The position numbers were made by a program, and so were the translations under genes. From Minisyncoccota bacterium (lineage in GTDB: Bacteria > Patescibacteriota > Minisyncoccia > UBA6257 > JAGOQP01), in contig JBAYIV010000002.1 of the NCBI GenBank assembly GCA_041665445.1, positions 5,836 to 69,835 of the forward strand: a stretch of DNA of 64,000 nt, written 5' to 3'. Below are positions 18,374 to 29,085 of this stretch, piece after piece; the stretch's first letter is position 1; every line of letters starts with the position of its first letter. The notes beneath the pieces were generated by a model. It searched no databases, was not told the DNA's origin, and was given only the letters and a program-made list of their open reading frames with translations.

Positions 18374-18952
18374 TTATTTTGCCGCTGACACATTGGCTCC
18401 AACAACCTGCATCCGCTCAACCTCGGCACGCTTGGTTAGCTGACCGGCAACCGCTGTTGCCAGATCATAATCCATTAACGGCACCACTTCATCATCGGCT
18501 TCGCTGGAAATTTCTCCGGGTTGTTCAAGATCGGTGGTTGTGGTAATGACCACATGCCCCACGCCGACAATGCGATACAGGAGCGATTGTTTAATAGCAA
18601 TGCTTTGCAAGCGTCGATATGGAATAGCAACCTCTGATTTGCTCACGATGCCCTTGACGATATGCAATGCGGTATCATCAAGCATAACACGCGATGTATT
18701 GTATTTCAGACGCGCCGTTATCACACCAGCAATTTCCAAAATAATCGCGACAATAAACACGCCCCCCATCATCGCGTTAATAAAGCCGGCAATCCCGCTC
18801 ATGAGCGCGCTGGCGACTACAAAGGTTCGTATCACCCCCAACACGAGCCCGAGCAATAAAACGCCGACCATGCCCGTGCTATTTTGTAAGACGAAAAAAG
18901 CAAACGTCTTTTGGCCAAGGCTATAATATTGGCCATCCTGTATGGTTATCAT
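18374..18952 (-). CDS. Membrane protein with bacterial PH (bPH_2) domain
   Basis: Two TMs, then KGIVSKSEVAIPYRRLQSIAIKQSLLYRIVGVG. Confidence 0.8.
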   Translation of the reverse strand: MITIQDGQYYSLGQKTFAFFVLQNSTGMVGVLLLGLVLGVIRTFVVASALMSGIAGFINAMMGGVFIVAIILEIAGVITARLKYNTSRVMLDDTALHIVKGIVSKSEVAIPYRRLQSIAIKQSLLYRIVGVGHVVITTTTDLEQPGEISSEADDEVVPLMDYDLATAVAGQLTKRAEVERMQVVGANVSAAK

Positions 18953-19070
18953 AGAATATTTAATTACGATGCATCTAGAGTATAGCGTGCTTCTCAACAA
19001 AGAAAAAGCGGGTCATGTAAACCCGCTTATCCAAACACGTTGACCGTAAGCATCCCCGCGACACAAGACA

Positions 19071-19493
19071 TCAGCGAACCATGTGCTCGCGAAATGTTTC
19101 GGTATACTGGCGATCCATGAGAAGAATATGATTAAAGAGCCAGTCACCGGAAAAAATAGCTATTTCCTTTGCAAGATCATGCATGTTTTTTTCTGGATCA
19201 TCAATAATCCCCAGGTATGATTTTATTTTTTCACGATATTGATTGTGCGCATTGATGTGCGCCGCGGCCTCCGGATAATGGAACTCGGCGAAATACGTTT
19301 CCTCCGTTCCTAAATGATACTGGACATATTCGCTCAATTCGCGAATCGGCGCGATGAGCGTCTCGCGAGACACATCTTTTTGATCAACCATATCCAGAAT
19401 CGAGTTTACTATGTCAAAAAAATGCTGATGCTGTTCATCGATTGACGCGACGCCAACGCTATAATTCTCGCTCCAAATAAATTTCTTTTGCAT
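19071..19493 (-). CDS. Bacteriohemerythrin
   Basis: WSENYSVGVASIDEQH; HLGTEE; HINAH; WLFNHILLMD. Confidence 0.92.
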   Translation of the reverse strand: MQKKFIWSENYSVGVASIDEQHQHFFDIVNSILDMVDQKDVSRETLIAPIRELSEYVQYHLGTEETYFAEFHYPEAAAHINAHNQYREKIKSYLGIIDDPEKNMHDLAKEIAIFSGDWLFNHILLMDRQYTETFREHMVR

Positions 19494-19642
19494 ATTGGTA
19501 AATAATACTTTTTATGTTAATGCCCACCCAACAAAGTATACCCCCTCTTGACGCACGGCGCAACAAACAAAGACCACCCACATATTTTTATTGGAACGAC
19601 GCTCCCCCTTGTGATATGCTGGGCCTATTCTTTAAAAACTAT

Positions 19643-20782
19643 ATGAAAACCCCCGAATTATTTCCCACAATGACTCACGATAATCCACCCGACAAAGACA
19701 CGCAAAACACTATGGACACGCCCGCAAAAAGAACATCCCCGCTCCATCGACTCGCCGGATCCCCCGACAAAAAACGCGAGGAAGAAGCGCGCCACCTAAG
19801 TGCGGAAATGCTCCGCAACCAACCCGCCGGCGATCAACGCTATAAACACGAAGGAACTATTCTGGAAAAACTTTTTGGCGGAAAAAAACTGAAAGATATT
19901 GAAAAGCCCCACAGTGAACTTGACGCAGAGCTTATCGCGGGCATTAATCATCATCTTGCCTCTTTTGTTGAACGATACGGCGGACATTCCATAGACGTTC
20001 CCGAACAAGCCGTGCATTTCATAGACATTCACGTCAAACGATTGAATCCGCAGACACGCGACGAGATGTTTGGACTTGAGAACGGAGAACCGGGGTCGTG
20101 CGCGTCTGGATATTATAATACACGAAACGAAGCAATTATTATCAACGATCAATCCGCATCGTCACATCCTCTTGCGCGAGCTAAATTGCTCGCTCACGAA
20201 ATGATGCATCTGGAATCATTCGCATCGGCAACGCTTCCCGAACAAACAGAAAGCCAAACCCTCGACCCAAGACGGTCGGGATTGAGTGCGCGAGCGCACG
20301 ATACCGACACCGAGTCGCTCCCCTGGCATCTAAAACAGCTCAATGAAGCGGTGACCGAGGAACTCACTAAACGATTCCTACAAGAGTACGCACCCACGCA
20401 AGATATTTTTAAAAAAGATTTAGAAACCACGCGCCTCTTCAAAGAAAAGCTTGAAAAAGAAAAACACATTACCACTGTGGACGGCACGCCGATATCAACG
20501 GACGACATGGCGTTTGGCATCGACACTGGAGATGAATTTATGTACCAAGACTTTTCATACGGAGACGAGCGATCCGCCTTACGCACCCTCATAAAAACAA
20601 TACAAGAAAAAAATTCCGATCGGTTTGCATCCGAAGAGGCGGTCTTTGACGAATTTGCCAAGGCATACTTTGCGGGTAATTTGCTGCCCATCGCGCGCCT
20701 CATCAATAAGACCTACGGAGAAAAATCATTCCGTGCCGTCGGGAGGGATTTGATCGCTTTTATCCGCGCACACGAATCATAA
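19643..20782 (+). CDS. Hypothetical protein with gluzincin-like HExxH...NEAxTE motif
   Basis: LAHEMMH and LNEAVTEEL; start uncertain (19643 or 19670). Confidence 0.7.
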   Translation: MKTPELFPTMTHDNPPDKDTQNTMDTPAKRTSPLHRLAGSPDKKREEEARHLSAEMLRNQPAGDQRYKHEGTILEKLFGGKKLKDIEKPHSELDAELIAGINHHLASFVERYGGHSIDVPEQAVHFIDIHVKRLNPQTRDEMFGLENGEPGSCASGYYNTRNEAIIINDQSASSHPLARAKLLAHEMMHLESFASATLPEQTESQTLDPRRSGLSARAHDTDTESLPWHLKQLNEAVTEELTKRFLQEYAPTQDIFKKDLETTRLFKEKLEKEKHITTVDGTPISTDDMAFGIDTGDEFMYQDFSYGDERSALRTLIKTIQEKNSDRFASEEAVFDEFAKAYFAGNLLPIARLINKTYGEKSFRAVGRDLIAFIRAHES

Positions 20783-20872
20783 GCGCCACATCAACAAAAC
20801 ACGTACCACACCAATCGTATATGGGAAATGCCGCTCAACGTGTAGTCGTAGCGGCATTTTTTGAGCCAACCC

Positions 20873-21136
20873 CTAGGGTAAGAATCCTTGCTCTGCGAGC
20901 CAAGACCGCAACCGAAGGAAAAGCCCCTCCGATTTTTTACCCAACACCGTATCAGCGCTGACTACCAGAAGCATATCCGCTTCCTGATCCCAATCAACGC
21001 CCTGTTCAAGAGAAAATGCCGTATCAAGTGCCATCGCCTGCCGATTAAATTCATGCGCAAACTCCAAGGTATAGCCAAAAGCGACAGCCACAAGCACTTT
21101 TTGATAAACTGCGCGAACATCGCGATACGTTGCCAT
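20873..21136 (-). CDS. Hypothetical protein
   Basis: SD GAGGAGG before ATG (MATYRD). Confidence 0.55.
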   Translation of the reverse strand: MATYRDVRAVYQKVLVAVAFGYTLEFAHEFNRQAMALDTAFSLEQGVDWDQEADMLLVVSADTVLGKKSEGLFLRLRSWLAEQGFLP

Positions 21137-21191
21137 GCGACCCTCCTCGAAAGCACCATTGAAAAACACGAATGTACCGCCGCGCAGTATA

Positions 21192-21419
21192 TTACTTTTT
21201 ACCGAGAAATCCAAAAACAATAAGATACACTATCGCGGGAATTAAAATCAGCGCCATAACCACCGTTCCCGTAAGGACAATTTTTTTATTGCGATTCAGT
21301 CGAGCGCGGACACGATTAAGCTGCGACTGACCAAGAACCGTAGGGGCGCCGCAATGCGGGCACGTCAGTGCCTCATCCGATACCGCCTGACCGCATTGTG
21401 AACATGGAAGAAGTGCCAT
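21192..21419 (-). CDS. Zinc-ribbon membrane protein
   Basis: CSQCG..VSDEA..CPHCG plus C-terminal TM. Confidence 0.8.
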   Translation of the reverse strand: MALLPCSQCGQAVSDEALTCPHCGAPTVLGQSQLNRVRARLNRNKKIVLTGTVVMALILIPAIVYLIVFGFLGKK

Positions 21420-21465
21420 ACTACTTTAAAGGGTCGCAATACAATCCGCACGTGTTATTAAGACA

Positions 21466-22857
21466 CTATCTGCGACGATCTCGTCCCTGCCCCCGGCTCA
21501 CAAATGGCCTTCGGCTAGAGCCGCTCCCGCCTCTAAAATTTTTTGAAGGAACCGTGTGAGCCGGCGCAACCCGATGCGGCTCTCGGCCTCCGATAAAGGT
21601 AAGCGCCAATCCCTTCTTGCCAGCGCGTCCGGTCCGACCAATGCGATGGATATAATCATCGTAGGTTGAAGGAAGATCATAATTGATAACGTGCGTCACA
21701 TCGGGGACATCAAGTCCGCGCGCCGCAACATCGGTAGCAACCAGAATAGCGATTCTTCCCTGCTTGAATGAACGCAATGTTTTTTCTCGATTCGCCTGAT
21801 ATTTATCTCCGTGAATAGCCATCGCGACAAACCCGCGCCGCTCCAAATCATCTGCAAGGTGCTGGACACCGATTTTTGTCTTTCCAAAAATCAAAACTTT
21901 TTTAAATTCTTTTTTCTTCAGGAGCGCGCTCAAAACATCCACTTTGTTTTCCGATAAGCTCACTCGAATAATATCTTGCTCAACATCCGACGATGTGTCG
22001 CGAAGCTTTGTCTCAATTTTTATCGGATGATCCGAAAATGTTTTCGTCAGATCATTAATCGCCTGTGGAACGGTCGCCGAGAAAAATACCGTCTGCCGAT
22101 CCTTACGTAATTGCCCGAGCAAAAACTTTACATCCGGCAAAAATCCCATATCCAACATCCGGTCCGCTTCATCCAAGACGGCATTTTGAAAAACATCCAA
22201 ATGAATGACTTTCCGATCAACCAGATCGCGCAATCGTCCCGGCGTACCGATTAGCAGATTAAACCCGCGCCGTATTTGAAATATCTGTTCTCGAATACTT
22301 TCGCCACCCACCGCAACAACCGAATACACACCCAAACCCTTGGCAAATTCCATGCATTCAACATTAATTTGAAGCGCCAGTTCGCGTGTCGGCGCAAGAA
22401 TCAATACTTTCTGCGTTTTGTCTTTTAAAACTTTATTGATAAGCGGGATCAAAAATGCCGCCGTTTTACCGGTGCCGGTATCAGCCAAACCAATAACATC
22501 CTTCCCTTTTAAAATGGGCGGAATAGTTTTGTCTTGAATCGATGTTGGTTTTGTAAAACCTTTTCGCGCGATATTCTGTTTTAACCGTCCGTCAATTTCA
22601 AAATCAGCAAACGTATATTGAGGAACGTACTCGCTCGTGGCATTGGTAACACTTGCCTTATTAATAAAGCGAGATTCATCGATGCGCTGGCCCTTCTGCG
22701 CTGATCGGCCGCGACCGCGTCCAAAATTGCGTCGTCCCGCATGTCCGCGCGGCGAAGTGCCCGCCGACGAAAAAGATGCTTCCGATGATGACCCAAAACT
22801 CCTCGCGCGATTGCTACCGGCATGCGCCGGTTTAGACTTGGTATAATGCGTATTCAT
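21466..22857 (-). CDS. DEAD-box RNA helicase
   Basis: ADTGTGKT, PTRELALQ, TPGRL, DEAD, SAT, ARGLD, HRIGRTGR. Confidence 0.97.
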   Translation of the reverse strand: MNTHYTKSKPAHAGSNRARSFGSSSEASFSSAGTSPRGHAGRRNFGRGRGRSAQKGQRIDESRFINKASVTNATSEYVPQYTFADFEIDGRLKQNIARKGFTKPTSIQDKTIPPILKGKDVIGLADTGTGKTAAFLIPLINKVLKDKTQKVLILAPTRELALQINVECMEFAKGLGVYSVVAVGGESIREQIFQIRRGFNLLIGTPGRLRDLVDRKVIHLDVFQNAVLDEADRMLDMGFLPDVKFLLGQLRKDRQTVFFSATVPQAINDLTKTFSDHPIKIETKLRDTSSDVEQDIIRVSLSENKVDVLSALLKKKEFKKVLIFGKTKIGVQHLADDLERRGFVAMAIHGDKYQANREKTLRSFKQGRIAILVATDVAARGLDVPDVTHVINYDLPSTYDDYIHRIGRTGRAGKKGLALTFIGGREPHRVAPAHTVPSKNFRGGSGSSRRPFVSRGQGRDRRR

Positions 22858-23022
22858 ACGATAAATGCGTCACAGCTAAAATATAATGGCCCTGACAACA
22901 AGAACCTTTATAGTGCTACGACGCGCAGGATTCTTATGAGGGAGAGCCCAGTATGTACTTAATTTTATCTTTTGTCAACTTTTTATAAAAATGAATGCAG
23001 AGTTCCTTGACTCATGCAAAAT

Positions 23023-23070
23023 AAAAACCGCCCCGCCGACCGCAATGCGGTCAAACGAGGCGGCTGTTTT
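23023..23070 (-). terminator. Intrinsic terminator after csp
   Basis: CCGCC...GACCGCAATGCGGTC...GGCGG stem with A/T runs. Confidence 0.6.
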
Positions 23071-23082
23071 TATCCGCGCAAA

Positions 23083-23280
23083 TTATGCACGAGTAACATT
23101 CTTGGCGTTCGGGCCCTTTTCTCCCTGGACAACCTCGAAGGTGACTTCATCGCCGACTCTGAGCTCGTCGAATGTGACGCCGCTCAAATCCTTCGAATGA
23201 AAGAAAAGGTCTTTCTCCTGGCCTTCCTGAGAAATAAAACCAAATCCCCGATCCGTCAATGTCTTGATTTTTCCATTCAT
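23083..23280 (-). CDS. Cold-shock protein
   Basis: RGFGFI, DLFFH, KGPNAKNV. Confidence 0.95.
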   Translation of the reverse strand: MNGKIKTLTDRGFGFISQEGQEKDLFFHSKDLSGVTFDELRVGDEVTFEVVQGEKGPNAKNVTRA

Positions 23281-23441
23281 AATTAATTTTCTTTTTTACT
23301 ATTGGTGCTAGCTCCTAGAAACTCGACTACATCTCTTAGTTCTACCCCTGTATGGTACTATGGAATCTTTAAAATGTCAAGCTTTTTTAGCGCCGCACGG
23401 ACAAAGCGTACAAACCGTCCACATCGGCTACTAATGGCATA

Positions 23442-23972
23442 TTATGTATGTTTTTTCTTATGGTACAAAACTCGAACGACGATGATAAGCGCGACAATCA
23501 CTCCCATAGCAAGCACAACAATCCATCGAGAATCCGGCGCAAGAATACTAATGCCACCTAGAGCTCCCCAAATCGAGAAATACCACAGCGCGTCACCGAT
23601 GAGAATAAAGACAAGCGTATCAGCAAAAGAAAGCCGCAACCATGGCCCTAAAAATCCATTAACATACGGAAAATTTAAAAAACCCGACACCACCAGCGTG
23701 AGTCGACGGCCATTGGTACCGATGCGACGCTCTATCGCCGACACTAATTCGCCGGCGTGTCGCGCAAGCGACGAAGTGCCATATTTCTTTTTTATCCATC
23801 CGCCGAATTTAAAGCCAAGCGTTACATCGATTAGCGTCGCAACAAGCCACATCGCATGAACCGCAAAAATATTTATATGATTTTGATAGGCAAATCCAAA
23901 AACCGCGGCAACAACCGCCAATTCCTGCACCATCATCGCCGCCGCAATCGATAACCAGATAATCATACTCAA
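23442..23972 (-). CDS. DedA-like membrane protein
   Basis: Multiple TMs; DVTLGFKFG...FLNFPY...ILIGDALW. Confidence 0.6.
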   Translation of the reverse strand: MSMIIWLSIAAAMMVQELAVVAAVFGFAYQNHINIFAVHAMWLVATLIDVTLGFKFGGWIKKKYGTSSLARHAGELVSAIERRIGTNGRRLTLVVSGFLNFPYVNGFLGPWLRLSFADTLVFILIGDALWYFSIWGALGGISILAPDSRWIVVLAMGVIVALIIVVRVLYHKKKHT

Positions 23973-24099
23973 TAGACAAAACGAAAAATAACCCTCGCCT
24001 ATTGATACAAAAAAATTTCTCTTATTGTTTCATCTCGCGGTCCACATCTCACGCACCGCCCGCCGCATCCGAACTGACAATATCGGCGCGTGCCACGCG

Positions 24100-24792
24100 C
24101 TAAAGTGAAGCGCCGTTATGATTATTGTTTTTCTTTTGATGAAAAGCGGCGCGTGCGTCTTCGGATCGTTGCTTGCGCCATTCTTTGGGATTAATCTCAA
24201 GCCACTCCTTGTGGATGTTTTTTATAAACCACAAACCTGAGCAGGGATCGTCGATCTCAATAATAACCAAAAAAATCAACACGAAAAGATATGCGGTGCT
24301 TGAGATTAAAAGCGTCCCACTCCATACATCTGGATATTTTATTCCCATAAACGCGGCCAATACCGCCAACGAGAGCACGATCATCATGACGTGAACCAAC
24401 GGCGACATTTCTTCATCACGCAAATCAATAAACGTTTCAACGTCATATTTTTTAACCGCTGTACGCATTGTTTTATACTCGCTCCACACCGTAGAAAGCA
24501 CTACGGCAGTTAACAAGCTGTACAGAATACCGAACGTTGGAATCCATGCGGCCGCGATAATTCCCTCAAGCCCCTGATTAAAATAAATCCCCCGCTGATA
24601 AAGAGCATAGTACCAAAAGAATAAGATACCCACGACGAACGGGATCGGCATAACCAGCATAATGGCGCACTTAATCGCAAGCTCTACCGCTTTGGTGAAT
24701 CTGTGCTTGAGCCCTAAATGCCGATAGTGCTCTTTAAAAATAACGATGCTCCCGTTTTCTTGTGATTTCTCGTCAATTTTTCCGTTTATCAT
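24100..24792 (-). CDS. Hypothetical membrane protein (4 TM)
   Basis: Hydrophobic segments; TTGACA-17-TATATT promoter directly upstream. Confidence 0.7.
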   Translation of the reverse strand: MINGKIDEKSQENGSIVIFKEHYRHLGLKHRFTKAVELAIKCAIMLVMPIPFVVGILFFWYYALYQRGIYFNQGLEGIIAAAWIPTFGILYSLLTAVVLSTVWSEYKTMRTAVKKYDVETFIDLRDEEMSPLVHVMMIVLSLAVLAAFMGIKYPDVWSGTLLISSTAYLFVLIFLVIIEIDDPCSGLWFIKNIHKEWLEINPKEWRKQRSEDARAAFHQKKNNNHNGASL

Positions 24793-24894
24793 AGAATCTA
24801 AATATAACACACTTATCTCAATGTGTCAATTTTTGCTCATATCAAAATTTGCACTAAACCACTTCTGCGAGAAAAACAAACCGGAATTAACAAA

Positions 24895-25950
24895 TCAGAA
24901 CACCCGCAACGGATGGCCCGCCAGAATATCCTCCACCTCCTGATAATTGGAGAGGAAGGCAAAATTGTACCGAGCCGGCAAAGCAAAAACATATGCCGTA
25001 CTACTCGCAAGCACGCTGGGGCCGATGGGGGCGGCGCCGATATGAAATGCATCACTCTGGAGTGCGCTCCATTGCACGGGAGTAAAAATCATTATCGGAA
25101 TATCCTGCATTGGCTGTGCCGCTGTCCACTGCGGACTTCTGATAGAAATAGTCGGTCCGGTCGCTACCGGCGTATCTCCGCTCGGCCCTATCGCGTCCCC
25201 TTTCCAAGTACTCGTCACAATAGAATATCCCTCCCAGCTGATCGGCAAAGCAAATGAAAATCGGTATTGAGAATTAGTATAGCTTGTGCCAGTAGCCGTC
25301 GATGGGCACAGCGCAAATGCGCAGTCGGGCCCCGTTCTTTCGACCGCCGAACCATCGGGACACAGCTTGGCTTCCTGCGTGCACGCCACCGATCCACTCA
25401 CATGAGGTGAAAGATACCAGATAGAGAAATTAAGATATCCCGCAAACGTCACCCAGAGAATATAGGGCACCAAAAGCCATGCGGCCGCCTTGGACACGCG
25501 CCAAAAGTTAATCATCACATACACAATTGAGATCCACAGCACAGCAATTTCAAAAAGCGCTGCGCCGGGCGAATGCAACCCGAAAAATAAGATTGACCAC
25601 GCGACATTGAGTGTCCATTGCACCCAAAAAAGCGCGACAATATTTACCTTTTGCAAATCCCCCGTCCACAAACGCTGGGAAAGTTTGTTCCATGCCTTAT
25701 GCGAGCCGACAGACAGAACATTGACCACCCGCCAGTCATTGTTCCACACCAGAAACAAAGAAACACCGATGAGTGCATACAGTGCCGTCCAGACTGGCCC
25801 GAACACCCACGCCGGCGGGTTGAGCGCGGGCTTGGCAAGCGTTGCATACCACGTCGCAATCGAGGGCGTGGTAAACACCGCGCCGATAATGCCGGCAAGC
25901 TCGGAAATAATAATTGCGATAATAAGTTTTGAAACTTTGTTTATGTGCAT
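24895..25950 (-). CDS. tspO: TspO/MBR protein fused to a Cys-motif extracellular domain
   Basis: WYATLAKPALNPPAWVFGPVWT, LNVAWSILFFG, LVPYILWVTFA; then ACTQEAKLCPDGS...GPDCAFALCP. Confidence 0.85.
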   Translation of the reverse strand: MHINKVSKLIIAIIISELAGIIGAVFTTPSIATWYATLAKPALNPPAWVFGPVWTALYALIGVSLFLVWNNDWRVVNVLSVGSHKAWNKLSQRLWTGDLQKVNIVALFWVQWTLNVAWSILFFGLHSPGAALFEIAVLWISIVYVMINFWRVSKAAAWLLVPYILWVTFAGYLNFSIWYLSPHVSGSVACTQEAKLCPDGSAVERTGPDCAFALCPSTATGTSYTNSQYRFSFALPISWEGYSIVTSTWKGDAIGPSGDTPVATGPTISIRSPQWTAAQPMQDIPIMIFTPVQWSALQSDAFHIGAAPIGPSVLASSTAYVFALPARYNFAFLSNYQEVEDILAGHPLRVF

Positions 25951-26143
25951 AGTGTGGCAACATGAAAAAATTACTTATTGTTTGAGTATATCACACCTTA
26001 AGAAACACAACCTCTTATCATCTGTTGTCACAATCATGTTAAAAAAATAACCCCCATACCAACGAGACCCTGCGGTCCATCGGCATGGGGGGTGAAACAT
26101 CATTAGTTTTAGTTGATTGATTCATTTGGTGCAGTGATCACCC

Positions 26144-27841
26144 TCACGAAGCCTTAGCGCAAAGAGCCTTGACGTTCTCTTTCTTGCGCCCCGGCTTGCG
26201 GCCAGCCAAGTCATCGCCGCGCAGCAAAAGGAAAGCGAAAGAAGGAAGCATCTCATCGGCCATCTGCCGATTCCGCTCTTTCCAATCAGAGGGCGAGAGC
26301 TCCAGTGTGAGGGCGATGATAGCAACATGCTCTTGAAAACGCATGATCACCTTGTCATCGACCTCGCACGTAGCCCATAAAGGATGCCGCGTGTTGAATC
26401 GCAGAACACCGCAGACCGTGTCCAGGATCCATAGCCGTTCGGAGCCCTCCATCTCCTCATAGAGGAACTGCAAACCCTCCGAATTCCCCTTTACCAACGT
26501 GCGCCGACGACCGTGCGGACCGGCGACGGTCAAGGGAGTGTGATTGAGACGCTCAACCTTTGCAGCCTCCTGATGACCAGCTCCTTTCCGTGTGCGCTCT
26601 GCCGCTCCTCCGGCAATTCCGTCGATCGACAAAGACTTTCCCTCGTCTGATCCGACGATACGCGCGTCCGGCTTGGCATGGCCATCGCCGATGGTGCCCT
26701 TCCCAAAGGACTTAATGACGTCCTTGAGATGCGAGAACTGCGGGTCGGAGAGAAGCCCCTCAATCACCAGCATGGAGCGACGCCCCAGTTGCTGATAGCG
26801 CTGGTCTTCTTTCTCCTCCCTCGCCCGATCGACGTAATTAACGCCAACCTGGTAGTACCACTCTTCGATAGCGACACACATTTCTACGAGTGCGTCGCTT
26901 ACCTGAAAGTGGTTTCTTCTCGCGTCAATTCTGATACCGCTTGAGAGAATCTCTCCCTCAAACAGTCCCGACGAAAGGGCGTTGTTAACCTCAGGCGCCA
27001 ACAGATTCGCGTGCTGAGTAAACGACGGGAAGGAGATACGGAAATCGTTTGAAGACTCGCCAATGAGCACCTTCCCGTGGCGTCCCTCGGCCGTTTTGTT
27101 GGCGAGGAAAAGGCGAAAAGTTACCGCATTCCCGTCGTTGCCGGAAACGGTTCTGATAGGAATCCGCTGTCCGGTAAACCGATCGGCGGTGAAGCGATCC
27201 TCCGTCACTCTTCCGTCGCGCTCGCGAAGAAAAACAGCAACGACGGTCTTGTGCCGTTTCATCGCTAGAGAATATTTATCAAGAATCCCCTCGCGCAAGA
27301 AAGGCACCGACGTTCGAGTAAGAGCGCGATCCTTCGTGAAAGACACTAGACGAACCTGCGTCCTCCACGGAACCCCGCCTTTCCCGCTTGGTTCTCGAGA
27401 GAAACAAAGATCATCGAGGGCACGAAACGGAACGTTTGGCGATTCAGCATCCTTGATGACGCTAGTCTCAAACGTCCACTGAAGATACGATCTGGGATTG
27501 CTCTTCGGAGTTGACGTGAAGGTGAAACGCTCACATTTCCCAATGGGGCACACCAGCCCGATGCCGAATCTCCCTAGATCGGTGGGGCACTTGTTTGAGT
27601 GTGCCACAGAGGCAAGAGCCTCCTCAAATTCATCCCGGGAAATGCCGTCTCCGTCATCTTCAACGGTCAGGGTTCGCTTCTGAAAATCAAGCGCTACCCG
27701 AACCTGAGACGCTCCTTTGTCGAGAGCATTTTGAACCTGCTCAAAAACAACATCCGGAAGCGTCTGGTAGGTTGCGGCAAGGAGAACAAGCGCGTTCCCC
27801 TTGTGAAACTCGACCGGACTCGACCCATTTCTTTCAGACAT
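26144..27841 (-). CDS. GHKL (MORC/HATPase_c_3-like) ATPase
   Basis: EQVQNALD, VEDDGDGI, GRFGIG motifs; C-terminal RFNTRHPLW. Confidence 0.8.
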   Translation of the reverse strand: MSERNGSSPVEFHKGNALVLLAATYQTLPDVVFEQVQNALDKGASQVRVALDFQKRTLTVEDDGDGISRDEFEEALASVAHSNKCPTDLGRFGIGLVCPIGKCERFTFTSTPKSNPRSYLQWTFETSVIKDAESPNVPFRALDDLCFSREPSGKGGVPWRTQVRLVSFTKDRALTRTSVPFLREGILDKYSLAMKRHKTVVAVFLRERDGRVTEDRFTADRFTGQRIPIRTVSGNDGNAVTFRLFLANKTAEGRHGKVLIGESSNDFRISFPSFTQHANLLAPEVNNALSSGLFEGEILSSGIRIDARRNHFQVSDALVEMCVAIEEWYYQVGVNYVDRAREEKEDQRYQQLGRRSMLVIEGLLSDPQFSHLKDVIKSFGKGTIGDGHAKPDARIVGSDEGKSLSIDGIAGGAAERTRKGAGHQEAAKVERLNHTPLTVAGPHGRRRTLVKGNSEGLQFLYEEMEGSERLWILDTVCGVLRFNTRHPLWATCEVDDKVIMRFQEHVAIIALTLELSPSDWKERNRQMADEMLPSFAFLLLRGDDLAGRKPGRKKENVKALCAKAS

Positions 27842-27883
27842 TTCTCTCTCCTCTGGTTCCTGTGACCCTCTGTTTCTTGATGG

Positions 27884-28621
27884 TTACGACTTCTTTTCTG
27901 ATCCGCTTATTCCCGAGACCTCCCTAGCCTTCTCACTACACAAGGCATTGAGCATTTTCGTTGCCTTGTAGAAACGATTTGAGAGATCAAAAACCAGCTG
28001 CCTGCCCGCATGTTCGCGGAAAAGGCGCCGTTGCTCGGAAGCGTTTTCGTCAATAACCATTTTTTCCAATCGCGGAAGGAGCAAAGAAACTATTTCATCA
28101 ACCCCCTTGAGCAAGTGGAGTGTTTCGCTCTCAAGCGATCCATACGCACTTGCCTCCGACTTGGGAACGTTTTGCTCGCCGTTGTTTGACGCGACAAACC
28201 GCCCCAAGTTCTGATCGGAATGCCGAGCACACATGAGCTCAACTTTTTTCATCCGATCAGCAGAAAGTCCGCGGCGACCGTGCAGTACCTGGAGCACCTC
28301 GCTTTCATGAGCGAGCCCCAGATTCTGGACGACTTGATCAAAAGAAATCTTTCCGATCGCGATCAGCTTTCCAAGCTGATACACGTGCGCATCAAGCGCT
28401 CCCAGCTCGACAACTTCATATCCCTTCTGTTCCAGAAAGTAACGAAGTTTGACGAGCACCAAACCGATCGGCACCTGACCCTTGGCCCATCGGGAGATGG
28501 TGTCCGAGTTCTTGATGCCGACGAAATTCATCAGTGCGGCTCGGCCCTTGACGCATCCCTTCTCTCCGAAGGTAAGATGCGAAAGGTAATCCTTGAGACA
28601 AGCAGATGTCATCCCGTTCAT
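27884..28621 (-). CDS. Hypothetical protein, possibly tandem HTH
   Basis: SD AGGAGG; FVGIKNSDTISRWAKG and LGLAHESEVLQVLHG resemble HTH motifs. Confidence 0.6.
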   Translation of the reverse strand: MNGMTSACLKDYLSHLTFGEKGCVKGRAALMNFVGIKNSDTISRWAKGQVPIGLVLVKLRYFLEQKGYEVVELGALDAHVYQLGKLIAIGKISFDQVVQNLGLAHESEVLQVLHGRRGLSADRMKKVELMCARHSDQNLGRFVASNNGEQNVPKSEASAYGSLESETLHLLKGVDEIVSLLLPRLEKMVIDENASEQRRLFREHAGRQLVFDLSNRFYKATKMLNALCSEKAREVSGISGSEKKS

Positions 28622-28914
28622 AGCAAGCCTCCTGTGCGTGGCACATCGACCACGACCTGGATGGGGATTGCCGCCAGAGCGCGCCACCCCTTTTCAAAAA
28701 GAGTGAGCGATTCCAGCTGTACCACTTGCCCCTTACGTGGAAGAATGTTCCCCCGCCAATCGCTGAACGAAAAGGTAATCCGTTCGCCCTTGGGAATTTC
28801 TCCCATTGAAGCCAGTAGTAAAACCGCCGCAAATCCGCCCGATGCCTCGCGATGAACACTAGCAACTACGCCTCGAACCGCCCCTTGATTGCTTAATGTG
28901 CCGCCGGTACTCAT
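28618..28914 (-). CDS. Small hypothetical protein, OB-fold-like
   Basis: SD AAAGGAGG; VRGVVASV...GFA...ITFS...KGQVV...GWRA. Confidence 0.6.
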   Translation of the reverse strand: MSTGGTLSNQGAVRGVVASVHREASGGFAAVLLLASMGEIPKGERITFSFSDWRGNILPRKGQVVQLESLTLFEKGWRALAAIPIQVVVDVPRTGGLL

Positions 28915-29085
28915 TGTCCTTCCTCCTTTCTTCTCTCTGCGCCTGTACACCTAGAAACCAACTCAACCAAACCAATGATGTAAATGTTGCTATATATTAT
29001 ATTAAAACAAACGCTTATTTCTGTCAATTTTTGAGTCACGCAAAAATGCCACATACCATGCCCCACCCGTAGTCTCGTGACGCGA

